Source: Candidatus Poseidoniaceae archaeon (lineage in GTDB: Archaea; Thermoplasmatota; Poseidoniia; Poseidoniales; Poseidoniaceae). From it: a stretch of DNA of 32,000 bases. Position numbers and translations under genes: made by a program. Positions 17,132-25,080 of this stretch are shown here, in pieces. The notes beneath the pieces are model-generated. The model was not told the origin of the DNA and ran no database searches. It saw only the letters and a list, made by a program, of their open reading frames with translations. Numbering within the stretch: position 1 is the stretch's first letter; the number at the start of each line of letters is the position of its first letter. The stretch is from positions 570,001 through 602,000 of the forward strand of contig CALSTM010000001.1 of the NCBI GenBank assembly GCA_943789275.1, given 5' to 3'.

Positions 17132-18323
17132 TTGAATCCGGCGTCTTGAACAGATCTCGTGTGATGTTCTTTTGATGCGATTCAAGAGTACCACCACCAA
17201 TTTCCAGTAATTTGGAGTCTCGCCATAGGCGTTCCACGTGGTATTCTCCAACGTAACCGTATCCGCCCATGACTTGCATGGCTGCATCTGCAATCTCTTT
17301 GGCCGCAGTGGTTGCGAACAACTTCACACCATCCGAGTCAAGACGGTGGCCTGGCTTTCCAAGAGTCATGTGTTGGGCAGTGTCGTAAATGTAGGCACGC
17401 ATTGCTCGGTACTTTGCCCATGATTCACCTATGTAGCGTTGCATTTGGCCAAAATCACGAATTTGCGACTTGAAGGCTGTCCGTTCAGTTGCGTATCGGT
17501 TCATATCTTCCAGAGAGCGGCGAGCAATACCAAGGGCCATTGCAGCAAGAGTCAAACGTTCAACTTCAAGATTCGCCATCATGTGGAGTAAGGATTCACC
17601 AGGCTCACCAACGAGGTTCGATGCTGGAACGATGCAGTCTTCAAAGACCAATTCTGCAGTGTTTGAAGCACGCATTCCGGTTTTGTCGTAGATTTTCTGA
17701 CCGACACTGTACCCTTGCATTCCAGCCTCAACCAAAAAGGTCGACATCTGAACTCGACCACGGTCATCAACGCCGGTTTTTGCGTAAACCCAAACGACAT
17801 CTGCAGGAGTTCCGTCCTCATCGATGCATCCGTTGGTAATCCACATCTTACGGCCGTTGAGTTTCCATGTTCCGTCGTCTTGAAGAACTGCTGTCGAAGA
17901 AAGACCGAGCACATCCGTTCCCGCATCCGGTTCCGACATAGCCATAGCACCAATCCATTCACCAGAGCAGACCTTTGGTAAAATGCGGGCTTTTTGCTCC
18001 TCAGTACCATTGAAAGCAAGATTGTTGACAAACAGCATCGAATGCGCGAGATAAGCCAGAGCAAATCCAGGGTCAGACGCTGAAAGTTCTTCATGCACGA
18101 TAGCACATGCGGTTGCATCAAGTCCGGCGCCGCCGTATTCTTCTTGTGCACTGATGCCAAGAAGACCCATCTCGCCCATCGAGCGAAGCAAAGCCAGGTT
18201 GAATTTCTCTTCCCGGTCGTGTTGCAATGCCTGGGGCTCAACATTCTCTTTTGTCCAGTCTCTGACCATTTCACGAAGCATTGCATGCTCTTCACTTGGA
18301 TTTGCAATATCCATAGGGCTCAT
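17121..18323 (-). CDS. Acyl-CoA dehydrogenase (isovaleryl-CoA dehydrogenase-like)
   Basis: AMSEPDAGTDVLGLSSTA, WITNG, GMRASNTAELVFEDCIVPASNLVGEPG and GGYGYVGEYHVERLWRDSKLLEIGGGTLE are typical ACAD motifs. I prefer ATG at 18323 (MSPMDIANPSEEHAMLREMVRDW); the track uses GTG at 18365. Confidence 0.85.
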   Translation of the reverse strand: MSPMDIANPSEEHAMLREMVRDWTKENVEPQALQHDREEKFNLALLRSMGEMGLLGISAQEEYGGAGLDATACAIVHEELSASDPGFALAYLAHSMLFVNNLAFNGTEEQKARILPKVCSGEWIGAMAMSEPDAGTDVLGLSSTAVLQDDGTWKLNGRKMWITNGCIDEDGTPADVVWVYAKTGVDDRGRVQMSTFLVEAGMQGYSVGQKIYDKTGMRASNTAELVFEDCIVPASNLVGEPGESLLHMMANLEVERLTLAAMALGIARRSLEDMNRYATERTAFKSQIRDFGQMQRYIGESWAKYRAMRAYIYDTAQHMTLGKPGHRLDSDGVKLFATTAAKEIADAAMQVMGGYGYVGEYHVERLWRDSKLLEIGGGTLESHQKNITRDLFKTPDSITQ

Positions 18324-18374
18324 GGTCTGCGGGGGTGACACCCCTTTTTCACCCTTTGTTGACACAGTGCATGA

Positions 18375-18875
18375 TTATCTCAAGAATCGGCGGCGGCGTT
18401 TGTGCCGTTTTCCTTTGGAGTTGGTTTTGTCTCGCGCTGAACGTCGAACTTCGTCTTCCATACCCACTGCAGGCCGTGACCGAGTAGCAGGAGGAGGGCC
18501 TCGAGGTGAACGCTTTCGTACAACAGGTTCAGGTTGCTTCTTTACACGCCGAATACGGCGCTCTGGTTTGGTCGTTAGTGGTATTTTTCGGGACCGTTGG
18601 CCAACATGTTGCAGATGGCTGTTTAACGTATGTGTGGGTCGTAATTGCGGTGTTGTAATTCCAGCATTCGCCAATACATGACGAGCACGTTGTTCGGGGG
18701 TAGTGATACGGATCTCATCTTCAATTCGGTTCGCAAGGTGTGAAAGTGACTGGTCTCCCCGGACACGAGGAGCTTTCCGTACATCGACTCGAATTTCTTT
18801 TTCTTCTTCTTTTTCGAGCAATCCCAAAAGGAAATTTGTGCTCAAAGCATCCTGCTTTCGCTGAACCATACGCAT
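18375..18875 (-). CDS. Hypothetical, extremely basic, probably disordered protein
   Basis: ATG-started 166-aa ORF filling the gap between the zinc-ribbon gene and the ACAD gene. The C-terminal half is Arg/Lys/Pro-rich (KPERRIRRVKKQPEPVVRKRSPRGPPPATRSRP ... KGKRHKRRRRFLR). The competing + strand ORF 18154..18681 mostly overlaps the ACAD gene and looks like noise. Confidence 0.5.
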   Translation of the reverse strand: MRMVQRKQDALSTNFLLGLLEKEEEKEIRVDVRKAPRVRGDQSLSHLANRIEDEIRITTPEQRARHVLANAGITTPQLRPTHTLNSHLQHVGQRSRKIPLTTKPERRIRRVKKQPEPVVRKRSPRGPPPATRSRPAVGMEDEVRRSARDKTNSKGKRHKRRRRFLR

Positions 18876-18981
18876 CCCATCCGATATGAATGCTGTTTGA
18901 TGCTATTATCAATGTTCCCCGAGAAAATATGCCCACAAGTAAGTTTTTTGAGGATTTCCGAACACCTCAGGTCGAAGGAAT

Positions 18982-19161
18982 TCACTCTTCTGAACCTTTG
19001 ACAATACGCAGATAATCCCTGTAATCCTCTTCATTTTCAAATTCCAGTGGAATCACCATCAATTCAAGACAATCCTGGCATTGAAAGCGTTGTCCGGTCA
19101 TGAAACCAACATAGGGGTAGACACGGATCCCATGGCAAGCAATACAGACTCGAAACGACAT
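18982..19161 (-). CDS. Small zinc-ribbon protein (59 aa), absent from the ORF track
   Basis: Hand translation of the minus strand from ATG 19161 to TGA 18984..18982 gives MSFRVCIACHGIRVYPYVGFMTGQRFQCQDCLELMVIPLEFENEEDYRDYLRIVKGSEE. It has CxxC-x18-CxxC plus an acidic tail. It fits the 18.9-19.2 kb gap in the minus-strand gene run. Confidence 0.55.
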   Translation of the reverse strand: MSFRVCIACHGIRVYPYVGFMTGQRFQCQDCLELMVIPLEFENEEDYRDYLRIVKGSEE

Positions 19162-19215
19162 AACAACAATCCCTGTAATGCTCCGTGGCTATTAAGCGTG
19201 TGCATCAATGATCGT

Positions 19216-20622
19216 TTACCTCACAACCAGGCCAGTTACTTCAGCCAACTGTTCTTCGGAAAAACAACCTGGCAAATTCAGAGAGGATTGACCGGGGGTA
19301 TAGATTTCATAATGGGTTGAGGGCATCGAATTCCCATCTGAATCGGTTGAATAGGTGACGGATTCGAGCACGTAAGATGTGGGCATGAGGTGAACTCGAC
19401 TGATTTCCCTCGCAGGTTTGTTGAACCAACTGGATTTTATGACGACTGTATTTTCCGAACCTAAATGGGCGACGTATGTTTTTTTGGTGTAAGCAGCATA
19501 CACGATGAGGAGATAAAAAACACCCATGAATGCGATGATGGCACCTCCCGCCATTTGTAGCGAAGCATCGACAATCTGCTCTCCATTCGAATCATAAACG
19601 CCGTATTGAAAAGAGGACATTGTGATTCCTGAAGAGGAATACTGCATTATGCTTGCAGATTTAATATCGAAGCCCATATGGTTGTAGAAGGTGAGAAATG
19701 CTTCACCCTCAAAAGGAAGTTGAGTATCGTTCGAGTTGATTTCAGATGAAAGAACTGCATCATCATAACACCATGTCGGATACGACAGTTGCAACATTCC
19801 GTCTTCAAGTTCAGAAAAAGATTGATTGTTCAGATCGCTGAGGAGAATGGCTTTGTAACACAAATAGGTAAAATCGTTCATGTGACTTTTTTCCGAACTG
19901 GAATTGCGGTTGCTTTCAGAGATTCGGTACTCATCTGTGCAAAGCCATTCCGATTTGGAATATTCGCAATATGCAAATGCTTCTCCGTAATCTTCGTAAC
20001 CATCCTCTGTAGCGATACAATACCATCGAGTATCACCCGCATATGAACCACCTTCCCACTGACAATTCTGCCAAGAACTCCATTTCATCCAATCGAGTTC
20101 GTAATATCCAATCATCGAAACGTTATCAGAATGCTCCCATCTGAATGTGTCACTGAAATAATAATCATCCAATTCGGTCACAGATACGGTTGAGTTTTCA
20201 AAGAAATCATACTCTGCATTGGATCGGAAATCTGTTACCAGACACATGTATGTACCATCCTCTGTCTCAATCAATTCGCCATCGCATTCCATGGGAAACA
20301 CTTCGAATACTTCACCAACAAACCCAAACCCGATAGCGACGAAGAGTATACCACCGACGAAAATGGCAATACAGGTTTGAGCGATAACTGAACTTATAAT
20401 TTCACGAGGCTCATGAGGGATGAAACCACCGGACACATCATCCACAGAACTCTGAGGGTTTTGTTCAGAGAACGGCACTGGTGTTTCGATGGAAACGCTT
20501 GCGTCTGAAGAGAGTACCTTTTCCTGTACGGTTGTCGATTCTGCATCGATTGGAACCTCATCCCAAAAATTCCCGTCTCCAACCATACAACGCCATCGTA
20601 CAGGAGTATAGAACCCTTTCAC
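19216..20622 (-). CDS. Hypothetical two-TM protein with Cys/aromatic/acidic-rich ectodomain
   Basis: Hydrophobic helices sit at about residues 77-103 (SVIAQTCIAIFVGGILFVAIGFGFVG) and 357-377 (AGGAIIAFMGVFYLLIVYAAY). The ~250-aa segment between them has 8 Cys and many W/Y/D/E (WMKWSSWQNCQWEGGSYAGDTRWYCIATEDGYEDYGEAFAYCEYSKSEWLCTDEY). Track start is GTG 20622; an ATG alternative is at 20586. No domain recognised. Confidence 0.65.
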   Translation of the reverse strand: MKGFYTPVRWRCMVGDGNFWDEVPIDAESTTVQEKVLSSDASVSIETPVPFSEQNPQSSVDDVSGGFIPHEPREIISSVIAQTCIAIFVGGILFVAIGFGFVGEVFEVFPMECDGELIETEDGTYMCLVTDFRSNAEYDFFENSTVSVTELDDYYFSDTFRWEHSDNVSMIGYYELDWMKWSSWQNCQWEGGSYAGDTRWYCIATEDGYEDYGEAFAYCEYSKSEWLCTDEYRISESNRNSSSEKSHMNDFTYLCYKAILLSDLNNQSFSELEDGMLQLSYPTWCYDDAVLSSEINSNDTQLPFEGEAFLTFYNHMGFDIKSASIMQYSSSGITMSSFQYGVYDSNGEQIVDASLQMAGGAIIAFMGVFYLLIVYAAYTKKTYVAHLGSENTVVIKSSWFNKPAREISRVHLMPTSYVLESVTYSTDSDGNSMPSTHYEIYTPGQSSLNLPGCFSEEQLAEVTGLVVR

Positions 20623-20631
20623 CGAACAAAA

Positions 20632-22155
20632 TCAACTCGAACACGAAAGCATCGAACAACCTACTTTCGACCGTGCCCATTCGGGGCGCTTTTGGAACCA
20701 TTCATCTTCCTGCTCGAGTTGCTCATCGTAGGGATTCAACAAGAGTTGGTGGAGACGTTCGCAAACGGAATAATCTCCGCTATGTGCAGCATCGATTGCC
20801 AACTGCGCCATCCAGTTTCTCAAGACGTACTTTGGATTTGCTTTCTTCATGATGCTTCGGTTTGGCATCGAATCGACACGGGCCCACCATCGCTCCAACC
20901 AACTCTGCCATCCTTCAATCGGAATCGTTTGATCATCGTAGAATGCGTGAGACAATTCCGAAACATCCGGAGATTGTATCGAACACAGCAATCGGAAAAA
21001 GATGGTCATGTCGGTCTCGACTTCTTGCAGCAAAGCGTTCAAGTCACGAACAAGTGATTCATCCTCAGATGTGAATACATCCAAACCAAGTTTTTCAGCC
21101 CACATACGGTTATGATGTACATCAAATGCATCCGTGTATGCAGTGAGGACATCATGCAGCAATTCAGGTTCTTCCATCAGCGGAACCATCGATTCCAGTA
21201 GACGGGCTAGATTCCAAGCTGCAATTTGGGGTTGTTGACCGTAGCGATATCTGCGGGTAGAGGAATCGGTGGTGTTTGGCGTCCAACCGGGATTGTAATC
21301 CTCGAGCCAACCGTACGGTCCGTAATCAATGGTCAGCCCGTGAATGGACATGTTGTCTGTATTCATGACCCCATGCACAAAACCGACACGCATCCAATGA
21401 GAAATCATCAAAGCTGTATCTTCAGCAATGCAAGAGAGCCAAGCAATTCTACCTTCATCATCTTCAACGGAGTGGGTTGGGAAATGGGTTCGCACGGTGT
21501 GTTCAACCAGCAAGCGCAAGGTTTCGACGTCACCGGTCGCCGTATGGATTTGAAAACTACCAAAGCGAATGAAACTCGGAGCGACACGGCATACAATTGC
21601 ACCCGGTTCGTGAGCAGGATTGCCGTCGTACATGATGTCTCGAAGAATATCTTCGCCCGTCGTCACAAGAGAGAGAGCACGCGTGGTGGGGACGCCCAAA
21701 TGGTGCATTGCCTCACTGCAGAGAAATTCTCTGATCGAAGAGCGTAAGACTGCCTTTCCGTCTGCAAATCGCGAATAGGGTGTCTTACCAGCTCCTTTGA
21801 GTTGCAACTCAACTACGCCGTCCTTCGATTCGACTTCTCCCAACGTAATCGCTCGACCATCGCCCAACTGGCCCGCCCAATTTCCGAATTGGTGTCCACC
21901 ATAGCGTTGCGCATAGGGGTCCATTCCTTGAACAGGGGTGCCACCACCGAGTGTCTCCGCTTCTCCTTTTTCAATCCCGAGCATCTGTCCCATTTCGGAA
22001 GACCAGAGCTGGAGTTGTGGTTCGATGGACGGTGTTGGAAGAACACGAGACCAACATACGTTGGCAACCTGTCGAGAGCGACCGCCAATCTCTGAATCTC
22101 CCGGCGTCTCGGAAACAAAACGAGACAGCCATGTGAGCGAATCAAGGGTGGCCAT
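20632..22155 (-). CDS. selO: SelO/YdiU-family protein adenylyltransferase (UPF0061)
   Basis: ATG start, 507 aa. AQRYGGHQFGNWAGQLGDGRAITLGEV, LQLKGAGKTPYSR, GFVHGVMNTDNMSIHGLTIDYGPYGW and the NPKYVLRNWMAQ C-terminal region match the SelO pseudokinase-fold family. Confidence 0.85.
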   Translation of the reverse strand: MATLDSLTWLSRFVSETPGDSEIGGRSRQVANVCWSRVLPTPSIEPQLQLWSSEMGQMLGIEKGEAETLGGGTPVQGMDPYAQRYGGHQFGNWAGQLGDGRAITLGEVESKDGVVELQLKGAGKTPYSRFADGKAVLRSSIREFLCSEAMHHLGVPTTRALSLVTTGEDILRDIMYDGNPAHEPGAIVCRVAPSFIRFGSFQIHTATGDVETLRLLVEHTVRTHFPTHSVEDDEGRIAWLSCIAEDTALMISHWMRVGFVHGVMNTDNMSIHGLTIDYGPYGWLEDYNPGWTPNTTDSSTRRYRYGQQPQIAAWNLARLLESMVPLMEEPELLHDVLTAYTDAFDVHHNRMWAEKLGLDVFTSEDESLVRDLNALLQEVETDMTIFFRLLCSIQSPDVSELSHAFYDDQTIPIEGWQSWLERWWARVDSMPNRSIMKKANPKYVLRNWMAQLAIDAAHSGDYSVCERLHQLLLNPYDEQLEQEDEWFQKRPEWARSKVGCSMLSCSS

Positions 22156-22180
22156 GGCGAGTGCTCACGGCCGACTTTCA

Positions 22181-22486
22181 TCAATCATTCCATTCAGGGT
22201 ATGGGCAGAATGTTGTCAAACTCCAGCCACTGTAAGCGGCTCCAAGACGGTCAGCATAGACAACAAGGTAATCCCAACGCCCGGATACGCTGAACACCTC
22301 CCCGTCTGTAGACTCGAAATTCACACGAATCCCCCAATCATCCGTCAGTATTTTCGCTTCGCCGACCATTTGCACTCTCTTCTCTTGAAACCAAACCTCT
22401 TGACCATCAAAATTGTCCAATATATGTTGTTCAAAGCGTCCACGTCTTACCTTTTTCTTCTGTTCGATTTCTTCTTCAGCATCCAT
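22181..22486 (-). CDS. Hypothetical protein (101 aa)
   Basis: ATG at 22486 (the track starts at TTG 22504). The stop lies 25 nt upstream of selO on the same strand. A TATA-like TTTATAA sits 23-29 nt upstream of the ATG. No domain recognised. Confidence 0.5.
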   Translation of the reverse strand: MDAEEEIEQKKKVRRGRFEQHILDNFDGQEVWFQEKRVQMVGEAKILTDDWGIRVNFESTDGEVFSVSGRWDYLVVYADRLGAAYSGWSLTTFCPYPEWND

Positions 22487-22508
22487 AAAGAAACAAGTAT
22501 TCAAGACA

Positions 22509-22515
22509 TTATAAA
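22509..22515 (-). promoter_or_regulatory. TATA-like box (TTTATAA on minus strand) upstream of the 22486 ATG
   Basis: Located 23-29 nt upstream of the ATG at 22486, inside the 84-nt divergent intergenic region shared with the AAA+ gene. Confidence 0.35.
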
Positions 22516-22588
22516 CATCAGTGGTCGACTAAAAGGTTTCTAAAAAAGTTACCGATGTGACTTTGAACCCTCGTTAAAATTAACCTGC

Positions 22589-24979
22589 ATGGCCGATGAT
22601 AAGCAGAAGGATGACGCTGATTTGTCTCCCTTCGCTGCAATGCTAAAAACCTTGGACGACATGGAAAAGTTGGACGAGCCCAATCCAAGTAAATCTGAAG
22701 CGGATTCAAATCAGTTCCAATTCTCAGAAGCAGCAGAAAATGACGAAAAATTGTATGCAATGGAATGGCTAAAAAACCATCAAGAATCGAAGAAGAAGCA
22801 TTCTCAACTGGTTCAAGAACTAAAACAATACATTGACTCGATTCGGCATGCTGTGGAAACACGCGTAGTTGGGCAATACGGTGATACAGAAGGTAACGAT
22901 GAGGTTGCTGAACTTACAGGCAAAATCGATGCTGCATCCTCAAAACTTATCGAAAAGTCACAATCAATACTCGAGCATTTGGATGATTATTTCAATTGGG
23001 AGTCTACAAACGCAAAATGGGAACGCCAAATTGAGGAAGTTGCCGAAAAAATGGCGGAAGCAGCAAGTGACATGTCGGAACTCATTCATCCAGAAAATAT
23101 TTTTCTTGAAGCAGCAGATGTCCTCCAACTCGGAGAATCCCCCGAACACCCGTACAAAGAAACAGACAGTCCTGCACCATACCTCCTATTGAAGAAAATA
23201 TTGTTTCACCTACATCTTTCAATTTACGGCCAGCTCAAGGACTTCTTTTCGCACATGGTAAACCTTAATCAGATTGATGATGTCAATAAGATATTTACCA
23301 AACAACCATCGTTCTCAACAGTTGGTGAAGGAGCTGTTCAACTTGCCATAAATTCCAAAATCCTCTCAAATTTCGAGTATCCAATGGAAGAAAAGGAAAG
23401 TGAAGAGATTAATGACATCATCCTTACAACTTTAGAAATCGTGAAACAGTACACCATCACGCTCAAATCGTTATCAATTGGGAGCGGCCCTTACAAACCT
23501 AAACTTTCTGACCAAAACAGCCACGTTCCAACCAATTTTTATTCGCCACGACGTACATTCAATGATTTGGGCATGTGGCCCACTGAGGCAGCGGATAAAC
23601 ACGACAGCCTTTTCGAACTCGACGCAAACAATTGGATAGGCCTAGAGCGGCATTCTCAAACCATGAGTATCGATAAATCAATGCATAAAACGACATACAG
23701 AGACATCATAAATTTTATCCAATCCTTAGGCTACCACCACAAAAAAGTCACGACTTATGCACGGAACAAAAGAATGTTACCTGAATTGTCATTGTTCGAA
23801 TGGAAAGGAGAATCACACAAATTCCGTGAAGACGCATCGATCTATTTTTACAATCCCCAATGCCCAATTGCTAAGGAAGAAATGAGAATTGTGGTCCAAT
23901 CATACTCTCCTCCGTACGAAGCACCAAAACTTTCGATTCATGTGGGGTTAGAGCTTTTCCGAAATAAAATGAAGTCTACTGGAAGCGCTATCGAGCCATC
24001 GAGTGAGAATATACACTTGAGGGAATATGCAGAGAGTTATGTCCGAAAAGTGTTCTCAAACTTTGACGCCTATCAAAGGGAACATGGCTTACTCAAGAAT
24101 TCGAAATTTGATGCAACAATTAAGGAACTCAATACCAAAGGACGGACTTTTGAAGATATGATTCTATCGACTTCCAAAAAGCAACTTTTAGAAGAGAACA
24201 TTTTTGCCATTCTTTCCAATTCAGAGCGACTGATAGAACGAGGAGTAGAGACGAATCGAGGAATTATGCTTGCTGGCCCACCCGGTGTTGGCAAATCATT
24301 AACAATCGACGCCTTGATCTCAAAATCTGAGTGTACTGTACTGTTTGCGAACTACAAAATGCTTCACAGAAACATGGAAGAGATTTTTGAAACAGCGAGA
24401 AGATATGCTCCAACGGTCCTCATCTTAGAGGATATTGACGCACTGGGAATCACTGCTCAACGCGGCTCCGGTGGAAGTGGCGCAGGTCTCTCAACACTCC
24501 TGAATTGCATGGATGGAATCAACAGCAACAACGGCGTAATTACCGTAGCTACAAGCAACCACCCTGAACAAATGGATTGGGCCCTTATCGCACGGCCAGG
24601 AAGATTTGATGTTCGTCTGGATTATCCTTACCCCGACCATGCCTTACTGAGAGGCATTTTAGAACTGAAATTGAAACCGTATGTATGCGAGGAGGGAATC
24701 GACATTCCAAAACTCATCAAGAGAATGCCTCTCGGGTTTACAGGATCGCATATTCACGATATCGTGAATCAAGCGAATTACATCTGTGTCAACAACTCAA
24801 CAGATGATGCGAAGGATGTCAAAATCACACAAGAAGCTCTTGAATCATCGTTAAATCGCTCGCTTTATAACTTCAAGAAATTTTTGGATGAACGCCCGCA
24901 TATTCAACTGGAGAACCCTCCATCAGTCAGCGAAATTTTGTCGAGTCCGGCGGATTCTGAATCGACATTCTATGAATGA
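22589..24979 (+). CDS. AAA+ ATPase (classic AAA clade) with ~520-aa uncharacterised N-terminal region
   Basis: The C-terminal module carries Walker A (GIMLAGPPGVGKS, nt 24275..24298), Walker B (PTVLILEDIDALG) and a second region of homology (ITVATSNHPEQMDWALIARPGRFDVRLDYPYP). Residues 1-~520 match nothing I recognise. ATG start. Confidence 0.85.
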   Translation: MADDKQKDDADLSPFAAMLKTLDDMEKLDEPNPSKSEADSNQFQFSEAAENDEKLYAMEWLKNHQESKKKHSQLVQELKQYIDSIRHAVETRVVGQYGDTEGNDEVAELTGKIDAASSKLIEKSQSILEHLDDYFNWESTNAKWERQIEEVAEKMAEAASDMSELIHPENIFLEAADVLQLGESPEHPYKETDSPAPYLLLKKILFHLHLSIYGQLKDFFSHMVNLNQIDDVNKIFTKQPSFSTVGEGAVQLAINSKILSNFEYPMEEKESEEINDIILTTLEIVKQYTITLKSLSIGSGPYKPKLSDQNSHVPTNFYSPRRTFNDLGMWPTEAADKHDSLFELDANNWIGLERHSQTMSIDKSMHKTTYRDIINFIQSLGYHHKKVTTYARNKRMLPELSLFEWKGESHKFREDASIYFYNPQCPIAKEEMRIVVQSYSPPYEAPKLSIHVGLELFRNKMKSTGSAIEPSSENIHLREYAESYVRKVFSNFDAYQREHGLLKNSKFDATIKELNTKGRTFEDMILSTSKKQLLEENIFAILSNSERLIERGVETNRGIMLAGPPGVGKSLTIDALISKSECTVLFANYKMLHRNMEEIFETARRYAPTVLILEDIDALGITAQRGSGGSGAGLSTLLNCMDGINSNNGVITVATSNHPEQMDWALIARPGRFDVRLDYPYPDHALLRGILELKLKPYVCEEGIDIPKLIKRMPLGFTGSHIHDIVNQANYICVNNSTDDAKDVKITQEALESSLNRSLYNFKKFLDERPHIQLENPPSVSEILSSPADSESTFYE

Positions 24980-25080
24980 GAAAACGTCCGATGATTTGAG
25001 CCTGCATGTATGTTTAGTCGCAGTTGAATGTTGTGTCCCGAACACCAAAATTCCAATACCTCAATACATGAGCAGGAGAC

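Noticed and set aside
17579-18307. 242-aa minus-strand ORF in an alternative frame of the acyl-CoA dehydrogenase gene
   Set aside because: It lies entirely within the ACAD coding region. The ACAD frame carries the conserved motifs and the alternative frame has none.
18154-18681. 175-aa plus-strand ORF spanning the ACAD 5' end and the basic-protein gene
   Set aside because: Its first half is antisense to the well-supported ACAD gene. The remainder reads as Arg/Gly/Cys-rich noise. The minus-strand ATG ORF fits the intergenic gap better, though that gene itself is only moderately supported.
21938-22543. 201-aa plus-strand ORF across the selO start and the 101-aa gene
   Set aside because: It is antisense to selO's conserved N-terminus and runs through an intergenic promoter region. 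No motifs.
22583-22594. Shared octamer cctgcatg at both ends of the AAA+ gene region (also near 25009), considered as possible insertion-site direct repeats
   Set aside because: Only 8 nt are shared, which is easily chance in 32 kb. No other signs of a mobile element are present.
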